Shown: one piece after another, positions 12,153-24,733 of the stretch | How the letters are laid out: each line of letters opens with the position of its first letter | Numbering within the stretch: position 1 is the first letter of the stretch | NCBI GenBank assembly: GCA_011109175.1 | Contig: RDEW01000009.1 | Span: 764,875-828,874, forward strand | Direction of reading: 5' to 3' | DNA length: 64,000 nt | Origin: Dicyema japonicum | Taxonomy: Eukaryota; Animalia; Dicyemida | Notes under the pieces: model-generated | Told to the model about the DNA's origin: nothing | Seen by the model: the letters and a program-made list of their open reading frames with translations, nothing else | Database searches by the model: none | Program-made: the position numbers and the translations under genes

Positions 12153-15100
12153 CTATTTTTTTGATTTTTTCCGGGATTTTGACATTGACTGTATCAGACC
12201 TTCACCATTAAATCGACGTTTACTTGCCAAAAAGTTGTCAGTACTAAATAAAGTAAAATATCAATACTTTTTGAAACTGACAATCTGAGCTGGTGAAAAC
12301 TTGGCCGAGACGTCATTCCAGATTCCGTCATCTCCTTTAATAGCACAATTTTCAAGTTCAGCAGAACTTAAAGCCTTCATTTGCTTTTTTGTCCTCTCTT
12401 CCACAAGGTCATGTTCCTCGTCCTTACAATAAATTAGACTCAATACAAGCTCAGCCTCAATACTCCTCAATGGAATCGAAGTAGGAACGGAAGACTCAAC
12501 AACTTCCTCCTCTTCGCTAAGCTTTTCAAATATCTATTTATTAAACAGATCGAAAAATGAATAAATCGTGATTCAAAGTACCTGGAATAGCTTTTTCACA
12601 ATTTTATTGACAAACCCGAGGATTTGATGTTCAGGCATATCCAGGCGCTTTTCTAGCTCATTGAAACTGTGATGCTGGAGACCAAGACCAACCATAACTT
12701 GCTATGAATAAAAAATAAACAAAACAAGCTCAGACTCAGTCATCCTTAGATTAACAAGCTTTCGATTGTCCAAACACATCATAGCACATGCAGGAATCAA
12801 ATCTTTGATAAGACTGAATTCTGTCATGCTCCGACTGTATGACTCGAGACGTCTCAAATCAAATTCATTAAAGATTCTATCCAAGATATCCCTCGTGAGT
12901 GACCCATCAAGAAATAAGCCACAAATTCAACCAGAATCTAATCGAATGTCGACATCATTCAAAATGCAAGCAGCAAGCTGTGTCTCCAATTTTTTAAAGT
13001 CGAATCCCAACAATGTAAGGAACCGCTGACGAAATTCTAAAATTATAAAGTCTCAAACTAAAATAAAAGTCGTCGATTTTCTTGCTAATTTCATCCTCAA
13101 TCGAATGCATCAGAATGCAGCTGTATTCTCCTGTTAAGTTACTCTTTGAATTGAAAATCAAAAGATACCTGTGTCTGTCGAATATAAACTGGACGGAACC
13201 CACACTTCCCCCAAAATCTGTACAGAGGGAAGGATAGACCATAGGAAACTCCCATGTACTCCACAGCCTCGGCTCTGCGTTCTGTAAGCTTCATAATAAG
13301 TGGAGGGAATCCAATCTAAATATATCATTAATAGTACCTCAACTGTCTTTTCCTCATTTACATCCTCAGAGTCGTCGACCTCTTTCAAAAAAGGAAAGAA
13401 TCCACCATAATACTTCATCAGTAATGAGATAGCTCTACGCCCGTACCCATCTTGAATAAACATAATCTGATACGTTTTGACAGTCTGGATCGGTAGCAAT
13501 TCTTACAATTCTAACTCCTGAGAGTCCAGTAAAAGTTTGGTCTAAAAATTGCTGTGAGATTGTCCACGGAATAAGGTCGCCGAACGGAACTTTTCCTCTC
13601 GACAGATGATGCTGAGTAGAAGCACGTGATATTCCTCCTTCCAACGCAACTTGTATCGCGCACAACACAGTAGGTTTCTGAGAGTTCACATCATCAGTCA
13701 AAATGAAAACGTGATGAGCGGGGGCATCAGCCAACATTTGGAGATCATTGGGAGAATTCTCAGTTAAACAAATGAGATACCTTATAGTGGGAGGAAACAA
13801 AGAGAGAAACTATGCGATGAAGTAGTCTTTCACATGTTTTGTGATAGGAGAACAAACTGTCCCGATAGATGTAGTGTAATTCACGGTGCTCCGGATTGGG
13901 ATACCCCTGAGGTTTACAGTCCTTGGAAGAATTCAGACACAGCAGATCCCCGAGCCAAACCTCGATCGGATCATTCATAGAGTATCTGATTGATTCTGTG
14001 AGCTGGACCTCTCTGAACCCTCTTGCTATGGTAAATAATATAAATAACCAGATTTACTCGTAGAAGATTTACGAAGTTTGTTTATTAATTTGAGAGACAG
14101 AGATCTCCCAGTTCCCTCATATCTGGGAATAAACAACGTAACTTACCCGCTTACAGTCGAAGACATGAAAACCAAATACGGACCAATTAGGGATTCCACT
14201 ATTGGCAGAGGAATTGCCGCCGCCTCATCAATGCACAGGAAATCAGCTTGTCCCAACTTTTCAGTGGGATTTATATACTAAAATATACCAAAGACTCTAC
14301 TCTGATAGACTGTCGGTGATATCTGAATATATTGACACTGGTGACAGTATTCTGGAGAGAATGAGTGCGGTAGTGGGTATGCTTCTCGTAGCCGATCTCT
14401 TCAATCCGATAAAGACAAATTCGAAGAGCGTTTTAAGGTTTTCGGGACTTGGAGAGGTCACATATATGTTGGAATATCTGCAATAATAGCTGCATCTACC
14501 CCGAGGCAACAGCGGCTACTATGGCCAATCCCAATGCAGCTGACTTTTCCTCTTCCACGTGCTGCTGTCATAGCAACAGTCGAGTTGAAGGTATGATCTG
14601 TTATAACGTCGATGAAAGTCAGCAATGCTTTGGCCTAAAATAGATCTTTGTCGGAAACCTGATCAACAGTCTTGCACAGTTTCACTAAGGGACCGACAGG
14701 TTGATATCCTTAAGGGATTCAACAATCTGACTTAACTCAGATTCTCGTTCCTGTATTTTCTAACAAAAATGACATCCTCAACTGTACCTCTTTGGAGACA
14801 TCAACCGGTTTCATCTTGTCCACATGAGAAGTAATCGGGATCACGTTAAGGGATTCGTCGACAAACATGGCGTTGTAGCAACCCCCAAGAGAAAGTATGA
14901 AACGTTCGTTAAAACGTGCAACCACATCGCTGTGGGCCTCAGTCCTGTAGCGACTGTGGACGTCCTGAAATAAACAAAAAGCCTCACCATAGCCATTGTA
15001 TACATCTGTTTTATTGAGGTCACTGAATTTAAGAGAAATACGAGCATCCTGCCTCCCTCGACTGTTTCCACGGTACAAGACAGCGAATTAGCAGCGAAGG

Positions 15101-15551
15101 CTTCAAAGTCATAAAAATAATATAAAAATAAAACCTGAAGAACGCAAACTGAAAACGTGTTTCCAAGTATTTTGTGGGAATCCTTATAAGAGCAAAACCT
15201 TATGGGAGTGGACGTCAGAAAAACTTGAAAAGGATCATCATAGTCAATTTCCTGGGACATTTTTTTCTGTCGTTTTCTTGACATTATGTTGTAATTTCTA
15301 AAAAAAACTAATGTAATTAACGAAAACATGTTAAAATCTGGTTTATTTTTGTAGCACCAGAGAACACTGGGACGAGTTTTCACCACTGTTTTCGCAAGGA
15401 TATGATGTAAAGCTGGAATATACAATTAAGATAACATTTCCCTGCCTTCTCTCGGAGAATTACCTCCCACTACAACAAAAAGGGATCTGTGATTCTGTTG
15501 CACTGCATTTTCAATTAGTATTCTAATTCTGTTGTCCAACTTAACTGGCAT
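12153..15551 (-). CDS. NAT10: RNA cytidine acetyltransferase NAT10/Kre33, many tiny introns
   Basis: Starts MPVKLDNRIRILIENAVQQNHRSLFVVVG. Contains Walker A TAARGRGKSAALG, IDEAAAIPLP, YEGTGRSLSLKLI, SHYK..PNDLQMLADAPAHHVF, GDLIPWTISQQF, SGVRIVRIATDP and GYGRRA. Lysine-rich end SRKKSKK*. Confidence 0.97.
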
Positions 15552-15654
15552 GTGACTATTTGAAATCAAAATTTATTTATTTTCATATATATAAATTCGA
15601 ATTTATTTAATTTCTAAAATAATTAAATTGTTAATTGTTCCCAAATAATTTCGT

Positions 15655-16040
15655 TGAAATAAAACATGCAACGTGTGATCGATTCGGCTGACGTTAAAAC
15701 TTTCTTGAATAGATAAAAGTGTATAAGTAATAAAAAACATAAGTGGTTTACGGACAGAAAGAACATGATACTGACACATCGTGGAGATCCTGATCCGAAG
15801 GAACAACCGAGGAGACCTGATCCAACGTGATTAGGAGTAAACCCGACCCCAAAGAGCTTTTGTAGCATCGTGGGTGGAGCATCAAGCCAAACTGAGACCC
15901 TGGATTAAATTTGTAGGGATCACTTAGTTTTCTCTTTCGGTTTAAATCTGTCTTAGAATAAAGATTTGATGTCCTCTGTGTTCTATGTCCCCACAGAGAA
16001 CAATCAGCAGTCCAGGTGAGAAGGGAAGCCACCCCATGCA
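15655..16040 (+). mobile_element. 5' fragment of an R4-like element
   Basis: 15661-15721 matches the 5' end of the full element (47915-47974). It is followed by MILTHRGDPDPKEQPRR, similar to VILAISESVVAVDPKEWAR of ORF 48019. Confidence 0.5.
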
Positions 16041-16584
16041 TTGATACGATGAGATAGGGGAGAGAAAATGGTTTTTCTAAAAACCGGAATATATACTAAC
16101 TCACCCTCGCTAACTATAATGGGATGTTCGAATTCGCTTCTATTGACTACCTACACTGGGAGACTAAGATCATCCTCTTAAATGTGGAACCTATAACATC
16201 TCCGAACCTTCTCATTTTCCCATTATCAGAATATTTTAACACATCTGCAGGACTTAAATTGATTTCAAAAAATTTTTTCTCAAAGTTCCCCACTGACAAA
16301 ATCATCAATCCTGACCGAAAAATGCACTACTCCGTGTCCACTCGGAGCCCTTAAAAAACAAAGTACAGTTCGACTCTAAAAAAAGTACTGAGTATTACGA
16401 CTTTCGTAAAAGTACCGTTATTATGGAGGTACGGGATTTCTGAGTAAGACCTGACTTGACTGCACGTCGTCAGCCTTCTACGGGTTAGCAAATGTGTTAA
16501 AATCTAATTCAAACCAAATTCTTAACCCAAAAAATTAAGTCAAACCCATAAATTAACCATAAATAAACCCAATAAACTAAAGGA

Positions 16585-17960
16585 CTAAAACGCAGGACAG
16601 TCATTATCAGTACAATACTGAAGTTGCCCTTGAAACTCCCCGGTCCGGATATTCATGACAACAGAGTATATCGTGATCTAGTTTAAAACAATAAATACTC
16701 CATTCTTCAAAGGTTTTCTGCTAATAACATCCATCAAGTTATCAATCCCGACATTCTCAATATAGCAAACAAACTACATTTTGAGTCAATTTTTGCATGT
16801 ATTTGTACCCTTCCTCTCTTCTGTTGTCGGAAAATAAAGGAGATAGGTCGTGATCGTAGTTTGTTTGCAAAATAAACCAGGGATGCCCAATATTAGTCGT
16901 GTCATTCATCATCCAAATATCAATATTGTTCCTTTTCTTCGTAATCACAGCACCCTGACCTCAACAAACGAATAAACCTGCGAAGAATTCACGGATCCGA
17001 CGATAAAGTAGCAGGGAGCTATGACTTTTGTGTCCCTGAGCATTTCTATAACCTGGTCGAAAGTATCACAGCTATCCAAAACTTCCTTGAAAGAAAAGAA
17101 CTATGTTGTCTTCCTCCATTTTTATATTTTATCCACTTATATAAATCTAGAGTTAATACAAATTGGTACCCCATATTCCAGGTAACTGCCTCTGAGGTTC
17201 GACTCTTTCGTTAATTGACAAGGCAAATTTACCCTACAAATTATTTACATAACAGACAGGTTTAAAACCAGTGACCACGCCGAAAAAACCAGCCAAAGAA
17301 ACAGTCGTGTATAGCTTTTTTCCGTTTCTCGTAAAATGTATGATCACGGTGATGTTCTTTATTAGATCAGCCATAGGGAACGTGTGATTTTTGGAATTAT
17401 GTCTTAGATTATTAATAAAAGCACCCAGACATCCCGAAATCAAGGTTCCTAGCAAAAAACTGTTCTAATAATCAAACTAATTCACAGTAACCTCCATTGG
17501 AATCCTCAGCCACAATTGAAGTACAAAGTGTCGTCAACTCAATAATTGAATTCAAAAAGAATGCATATCCTTTATTTATCATTAATTTACACCTCGGGAT
17601 ATTCCAAGAAGCTTACTCCCCAGTAAATTTCCTCTCCGTAATCATTCGGAAGTCTATCTAGAGGAGGCTCAAATATTGTGTTCTAATTACCTGAAATTCC
17701 TCAATTATTTTTAATATTTCCTTTCCAAAGAAAGGTAATGATAGAATCACTCCGTCATAAAAATGTTTGAAGGCCATAATCTAAATTATTATATTCGTGT
17801 TACTCCGTCTTTGTTTGCAAGAAGCAATTCCTTCCATCTTTCTTTCGGAGATTTATCCAAGTTTACCTCAAAAGTCGGAATTCTTTATGAAACCTTGATT
17901 TAATAGATTTTACTGTTTCTTGAGTCTAATAAGACCGAATATCGATATCAAGAGAAACAT
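16585..17960 (-). CDS. ASAH1: Acid ceramidase / NAAA family hydrolase, about 10 tiny introns
   Basis: Spliced: hydrophobic N-terminus MFLLISIFGLI, TFEVNLDKSPKERWKELL, autocatalytic LCTSIVAEDSNG, FARNLDFG, AGFFGVVTGFKPGKFALSINER, IAPCYFIVG, GAVITK, FILQTNYDH, TIYSVVMN...CTDNDCPAF*. ASAH1 versus NAAA is not resolved with certainty. Confidence 0.9.
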
Positions 17961-18074
17961 TTATTATTTTATTATTTTATTTATTTTTAATTAGAAATAT
18001 TTTTATTATTAAATTTAAATTAATTAAAAAAATAAAACATCATCTCAACTAAACTTTTGGTTTCATGAAATAAT

Positions 18075-18278
18075 TTATTCAATTTTTTCGAGACAACTGG
18101 AGGAATAAGTGGAAAATCGCTTCGCTTCCTAAAGAAACTTGGACGCTTAGCTACACTAAAAAGCCACGACGCACGTGAGACCCAGTGGCTACTCCAGTTG
18201 ATCTCTGTTGCAATCGTGAGAGGCAACGTAACGTCGATAATGTCGGCGGTGTCCACTTTGGATAGATGGCAGTTTTAA
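18075..18278 (+). mobile_element. CRE-clade retrotransposon 3' remnant
   Basis: FETTGGISGKSLRFLKKLGRL...RETQWLLQLISVAIVRGNVTSI, the typical CRE terminus ending in RISxAxQRGN. Confidence 0.8.
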
Positions 18279-19196
18279 ATATGCTTTACTGGGGATAAAT
18301 TAACTGATTATTTTTCTAAAAGATTGATTTATTCAATAATTATACTGATTATTGCCAATAAATGATCACAAATTGTTTAATCACATCTTATGATCCACAA
18401 TATATATTTTTAATAAAAATTTGACAGCGACCTATTTATTTAAATATATTTGTCAGAACTGTGTCAATATATATATTTAATGTTTTTTTATTTATTGAAT
18501 TTCCAAAGTGTTATAAATTAGTAGGCGGCTCTCGTGATTGAGACCTTACTCCTTCCCATGATTTTTATGGGAATACACTCAACTAGCCATTCTTCTCGAC
18601 TGTCTATCCTCATTTTTGCTAACAATGATCCGATGGCAAACAGGAAAGAAAGCGATTTGGGTTGTAGAATCCTCAGGGTTTCCACTACGACGGACTTGAA
18701 AAACTGTCCTATAAGGACGCATATTTTTTCTTTAAATTTCGACTCTCAGAGTCCGATCCTAAGTGAGTGGCTATCATTCTGAGGCTGGAAAAGAAGAAGC
18801 CATCACACAACTAAACCCAAGTCAGGTATCTCCAACCGTTCCTCAGGAAAAAAGCCCGGCACATTTAATTTTATAAATTAGTAAACAGCTCTAGTAATTG
18901 AGAGTAAGGTAAATTTTATTAAACAAGTAAATTGAGTTTTACTTAAATTTTAAAATAAAAATTTATTTTTGTTAAAAAATCTAATAATTATGGTTTTAAA
19001 AAGTTAAAAAGTCAAAATATTTTTAATTTCGATTGTCAAAAAAAGGAATCAAAAAAGTCAAAAAATAATTTCGAAAAGTAGATTGATTTTTATATATTTT
19101 TTAATTTTTGAAACTTTATTTAACCATCAAAAAAATTACTATCTTAGCCATTTCTGTTTGTTTTGTTTGTTCCTCTTTCTCCCTTTCTATTAGAGT

Positions 19197-19259
19197 GGCG
19201 TCATGTGATCCACCTGTCTCAGGTGGCGACCAGCGCCTGGGTGTCAATTAAAAGGATCA
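19197..19259 (+). ncRNA. Structured repeat motif, copy 1 (HDV-like topology candidate)
   Basis: GGCGTC-ATG-TGATCC-ACC-TGTCTCA-GGT-GGCGAC-CAG-CGCC-TG-GGTG-TCAATTAAAA-GGATCA; homologous to 24734 and 19815. Confidence 0.4.
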
Positions 19260-19814
19260 TTTGCTCTCCCAATCCACTGAAGGGATGTTCAAACTGCAAA
19301 GAATGGACGTCTTTTACTTTTTATGCTGCTTCTTGGTCGACTTGTGTCACGTTGAAGGATTCTATTTCAGTGACAATGGAACCAGGATACACTTAATTAG
19401 TTGTTAACTGTTAACTTCTTTCTCGGTGGATCCGGGGTTAATAATAATTATCAACCTTCCTCGCCTGTCTGTTCGCTAGTTTCCTGAGGAAGGTTTGATT
19501 TTGGTTTCTGGAACAGTTCCGAAAGCGTACAATACTCGATTCTCAGCATTACTCATAATTATAATTAATTTCTTCAATGACTGTAAAGTGTCCCCCGTTG
19601 TCTTCATTTCTAGGAACTCTCAAGTTCAGAAAAAAATATAAATTGGAAGTTTTTAAAATTATCATTAAAAGTCACTCCACATCACAAGGTTAAAAAAATT
19701 AAAATTATTTCCAAAGACCAAGGGTAACCAAGCTAAATAACTCCTCGATCCTGACTCGTTCCAGCATTCCAGAACTTGTCACCAGTAACGACGTTGTCCC
19801 CGGGAAGAATTGTT

Positions 19815-19876
19815 GTATCCTCTTGATGCCGGCCAGGCATTGGGCGCCTCCTCAGTAAGGTGGATCCAGTGACACC
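19815..19876 (-). ncRNA. Structured repeat motif, copy 2 (HDV-like topology candidate)
   Basis: GGTGTC-ACT-GGATCC-ACC-TTACTGA-GGA-GGCGCC-CAA-TGCC-TGGCC-GGCA-TCAAGA-GGATAC. Confidence 0.4.
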
Positions 19877-20104
19877 ATCGAAGGAAGGAAAATAATTTTG
19901 ACAAACTATCCACGTAGCACCACGCCATGTGGTTTTTCTCACAAAGTTGACAGGGGTTATACTCATCAAAGAATTTTCAGAACTCGGAGTATTATTATCC
20001 AGTCTCTGGGGGAGATAAGGTACAGACAAGTATACCAGTCATAAAGGTTAGCATGTGCAAGTGCGTACCTTGCTGAGGAAGTTGGTTAGAAGCACCACAA
20101 TAAT

Positions 20105-21778
20105 CAGAGTTGTTAGATTTAAATCATTTAATTTTAATCAACAAAAAAATCAATGATTTAAATAGAATTTGGCATCACGTCTCAAGACCGTTTGCAGACT
20201 GTGGAGGTGGAGAAAAAAAGGAAGTATGACTTTCTTGCAAACGAGATGGGGCAGATGTTTGGTTGCAAGGTCCTCGTTATTCCTATAGTAATGACGTGGG
20301 AAGGAATTGCAACAAAGTACCACAAGGGTTATCTGAAGCAGTTGGGGGTAGATAGGAAGCTCCAGACTTATCTACAGTCCACTGTGTTAAAGCGGACCCT
20401 AGAGAGCCTGACACTGGAGTATAGGAGGCAGAGCCCTGAGATGCCATATGGGCAGAGGGTTCAATTGGACAAGGCGCTCTCGGAGTTGTTTCAGCAACTA
20501 GAATCGAACCTGCCTGAGGAGGCTGGCGAACAGGCAGGCGAGGAAGGTTGTTGATTATTAAATATATTAACTTTTTTATTGTTGGTTAAATAAAGTGGGA
20601 TGTCTGGAAGAAAGCGTGATGCCTTGTGGGTTCACTTCGATAAACGTATTATTTTGGAAAGACCTGGAGTCGAGCCAGATGCCGTAATTGCGGGAAGGAG
20701 GTACAAGGTCTCGGATGAGGCAGCATCATTTGTTATGTCGAACTAATATTGATATCCCTGAAAATCCGTCGAAACCTGAAAGTGATTTGATCAGCGAATT
20801 CCTCCCAAGGATGAGGGACCAGTCTTTAATCAATTTCGTTACTACGACGACGTCATCGAAGATAAAATTGATTGATATGCAACTCGCTAGATACATATAT
20901 TCCAGTAACAATCTTTTGCTGCTGTAGAACATCCGGAATTTGTCAAATTCGTCCAAATGCTTCTTCCTGGGTATCGATTACCCTCTCGTCATCAAATTGG
21001 TGGTCCATTGCTCGATCGTGTGTACGACCAAATACATGAAGACTGTCGGCAAAGACTCCAGGACAAGACAGTGTCTATGATGTTGGACGGGTGGAGCAAC
21101 ATTCATAATGAACTTGTTATTTGTGCGTCAGTTGTAACATCGGATGGAGAAAGCTATCTAATTGACACTGTGGACACCTCTGGATATAGCCACACCGCGG
21201 AGAATCTTCAATCTGTTGCTTTAGCCTCTGAAAGTCCGCCGAGCAACGGTTTGGATGTTCCACTTCTTTGCGAATCTAATGGACCAACACGTTGTGGGAG
21301 ATCTCTTTCAACTGCTAAGATTGACCTCGCCTTGGAGTATTGTGCTGAACATTATGAATATGCTCTTCCGACTCTGATTAATTTCAGAGCAAAAGCTGAT
21401 CCATTCAAACTATACATGTTCGCTCCGAATTTATTGAGCAAAGTATCACCTATAGCTTGGTGGGAGTCGAACTCTTACCAGTTACCTTGAAGTAATTTCA
21501 CTCTGCAAAAAAATTCTTGGAGCAGTTGCTTCCACAGGTGGAATAGAACGAATTTTTTCGACTTTTGGATTCTTAAATTCAAATGTACGAAATAGCTGGG
21601 AATCGAAAAAGCTGCCAAACTTGTCTTTGTTTACAAGCTTTTAAATAAATACGATTTCCATTGTTTTTATTTTTACTTTGTTTCCGAATAAAAATCATTT
21701 AATCGAAAAAATCTGATTTAAATCAAAAAATCAAATTTTTCTATTTTTTCATAAAAATCATGATTTTTAACAACCCTG
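20105..21778 (+). mobile_element. Internally deleted hAT transposon with termini
   Basis: Ends are CAGAGTTGTTA / TAACAACCCTG, with flanks ACAATAAT / ACAATACA (6/8 match to an 8-bp TSD). Transposase remnants: MSGRKRDALWVHFDK (BED finger, ATG 20600), PGYRLPSRHQIGG, LDGWSNIHNE, ASTGGIERIFSTFG. Confidence 0.85.
20169..20594 (+). mobile_element. 5'-truncated copy of the R4-like element nested in the hAT
   Basis: Near-identical to 50926-51330 (fewer than 10 substitutions in about 350 coding nt). Ends GGTTAAATAAA like the full copy. Confidence 0.95.
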
Positions 21779-22729
21779 ACAATACAATACAAAAACTGTT
21801 GTAAATGTGAGGACAAATTCTCTTTTGTATACACCTGTTCAAACTCTTTTTACTGATCGAGGTGATTAAATAGACATAAAAACCTTGCGACTTCTCATAT
21901 CTGTATTAGTTGATACCATAATAGGGGAAATTAAAATATAGATTTACTTGTGTATTATATATATAACTTGGACATCATTTATGGGAATTGGGTCATCATT
22001 TATGGGAATTGGGTCATCATTTATGGGATTGAGTGTAATATCGGATTTAATAACCCAAAGTCAAAAAAATAATGATTGGCTTTGAAGAAGAAATTATTGT
22101 GGAAAATTGTAGATGCACTCGGAATTAGTGGAGTTAAAGAAAATTTAAAAATTATATTTACAGATTACTTGTTAACTTAACAAAATAAAAGCTTGATAAA
22201 TACTGTCTTTTCATCTCAGATAGTATGTAAACTATTAATAACATTGAATTTAAGACTACTAAAATATCAGAGATTATTTGAATGCATAAAAATGATTTTG
22301 TGAAGATCATATTGAAATAGTGTTATTCAACAGCCCCTTTAAATGAACCAAGTTTTTCTATGTTAGGTTTAATAACTGATTGTTAATAAAATGAAAAAAG
22401 TCAAAAATTTCTGTCGTAAAATGTTAAAAGGTTGAAAATTTATTAAAACTTTTGTCAAAAAATGCTCTACCTATTAAAGAAAATTTTAGCCGGTCTAAAG
22501 TCGGTTGACGAATATTGAATAAGACCTGTTTAAGTTGATTCAGTAAATGAATTTTTAATCATTGGTGATTTGCATATAACCTAAAGGATGTTGATGAGTT
22601 GAGTATATTGGCTATTAGGTTTTTGAAATCATAAAGTGTTAGTGGTCTTATTTTATATTATCTTAAATTCTCTTTGAGAACGAACAAGTATGAATGAATG
22701 AAATTTATTTAACCAGGAAATGACAGGAG

Positions 22730-22930
22730 AAACGTTCAGGTTTATCGATCACGAGTGTTACCTTGAGACTTGGGTTCTCCATCATTAAAGTTTGTTCCAC
22801 CACTCAGACATATGAAAAAAAATGTTCGAAAACATTAAATCCTCTTCTCTGCAGTCTGTATTGTATTGGTTTTATTAGCGAGTCTTCCCAATTTATCAAA
22901 CTTCCTCGAGCCTAAGAGTAATTATAATTG
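22730..22930 (-). mobile_element. Possible Penelope-like (GIY-YIG tail) remnant
   Basis: INWEDSLI...EDLMFSNIFFI loosely resembles the PLE endonuclease C-terminus. Weak. Confidence 0.25.
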
Positions 22931-23137
22931 CCTCTGATTTTTCAGGTAGTGAGATAATCCGTATGTCTGTTAGGATTACATCAGCCACGTAGATCACCAA
23001 TAAGTTTTAATTATTAATCCTAACTGACATAATTCACGTGGATAACTCTTATTAAATAATTGTACTGTAAGAAAAAGTTTTAAATTTGGTTTTTAACAAC
23101 TTCCAACAAGGTTTAATGATAAACTAATAAACTTAAT

Positions 23138-24424
23138 CTAGTCCTTAGCGTCAGAGATTCCACCGTCTGTAATTGAGAACGTGGCTTCATTTTCTCCAAA
23201 TTCAGGACTACCAACAGATCACATTAAATACCTATCAAAAATTTTTGCTATTCTATTCTCAGCTCTCCCTTTCCTTAGAGAGACACGAGTTGTGCTTGCA
23301 TGAGCTAAAACGTGCCCTCCAATTGGTTTCTTAGGATCCGCTTGAAAACTAGTGATTTATCCCCTCATTAAAACCTCATTCCTGCCCCCGGATCTGAAGT
23401 CATTTGATTTGTTATCATCACAGCAACGTTGTACTCTAATGTCACTCACAACAAAACCTTCTGATATCTTCTGCAAACGGATAAAAATTGCCCCAATTTC
23501 TGCTGCCTATCGGCGAGTTCCCCCTCTTCCAGAGTAGTCCACACGGAATAAAGCCATAATCGAGTCCACAATATGACATAGTTTAATAATTCTAACCAAA
23601 AGTTTAAAAATTCCAGGTTCCTCGTAGAATTTCGCAGCCACGTGGTCCATAATCTCCATCTGATGCTCGCCTATCGTTAAAGGGAGAAACTGGTGTAGAC
23701 ACGTGTGTAAAGAACATTGTCCAAACACCTCGTCTAAATTGACCTTAATCTGGAAGCAATTGTGTGCAGCCTTGCTGGACGGCTTAAATTGATTTATTAT
23801 GACAACAATGTGTTCTCTGTGTCGATGTACATAACTTTCCCGCCATTCAGTTGGCCGGTTGACTGACTTATTTGGGAACTCACTAATTTTTACTAATTGG
23901 ACAGATACCACATAAAGTGTGGGCGAGTTGGGTTTTTCCGCATCTAAATTCGCCAAAAAACTCGGTGATTGACATGCTTTCTATTCCACCGCCCAAAATG
24001 TTGCTAAATTACAATGTCTTGCTTACTCAAGATCAGTGCTTCCTGTTTGGACTCGATAACACTGCTCTCGCCTTAGTGAAAACTCAGAGGCTGTCAAAAA
24101 TGAACTATCCTTGGAAATAACTATATTAATACGTTTATTTTTCTCGCACTTTCCTTTATTTTTTCTACCTTGGCTTCTGAGATTCCTTTAATTGCCAACA
24201 GTTTTTTTGGTTGTAGCCATTTGAATGCCCTTAATTGTGCATATTCCGGCTGCCTTCAGCTTTTTAATATCAGCCACATTCTATGAAATTTAATAAATAG
24301 AGACTATTCCGCAGTTTTCTAAAACATCTATATCGTGGTATCCAACAAACTATGGAAATAAAGTTAGTAAATACAATTTCTTCATTATTTACTGAGGATT
24401 CCAATTGTGATTGTTTGCAGACAT
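23138..24424 (-). CDS. DMC1: Meiotic recombinase DMC1, about 10 tiny introns
   Basis: [99 protein letters not shown]...[20 protein letters not shown]. These are DMC1-type rather than RAD51-type residues. A 20-nt intron lies at 23671-23690. Confidence 0.93.
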
Positions 24425-24733
24425 TAATGATCTATTAATGCTATAAAAATACACACTAATCAATATGCAAAATGAATTTTTTCCCGCTCTTGAAGATAAA
24501 GTTTATTTAATTGGTTCTCCCCTAACAAATTAAAAAAATTACTAAAACAAAAAATATTAAAACTTTATTATTTACAACACTTACTTAATTCAAGTTGCCC
24601 ATCTAATGGTCTTTTTTAATAAATTCTATCAAAAAGATTTGGGCACCGCCGCGTGGCGCCATGTGGTGCTTCGTGGATAATTGGTGAAGTTTCTGTTTGT
24701 TCGTCTGTTCTTTCTTTCTCTTCCTATTAGAGT

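Noticed and set aside
14841-15425. 194-aa ORF in the track and other ORFs overlapping real genes
   Set aside because: These are off-frame or intron read-through shadows of NAT10 and other spliced genes or transposons, not independent genes.
19484-19545. Hammerhead-like core CTGAGGA...GAAA in a Penelope-like end
   Set aside because: Stems I and III cannot be formed and there is no properly placed NUH site.
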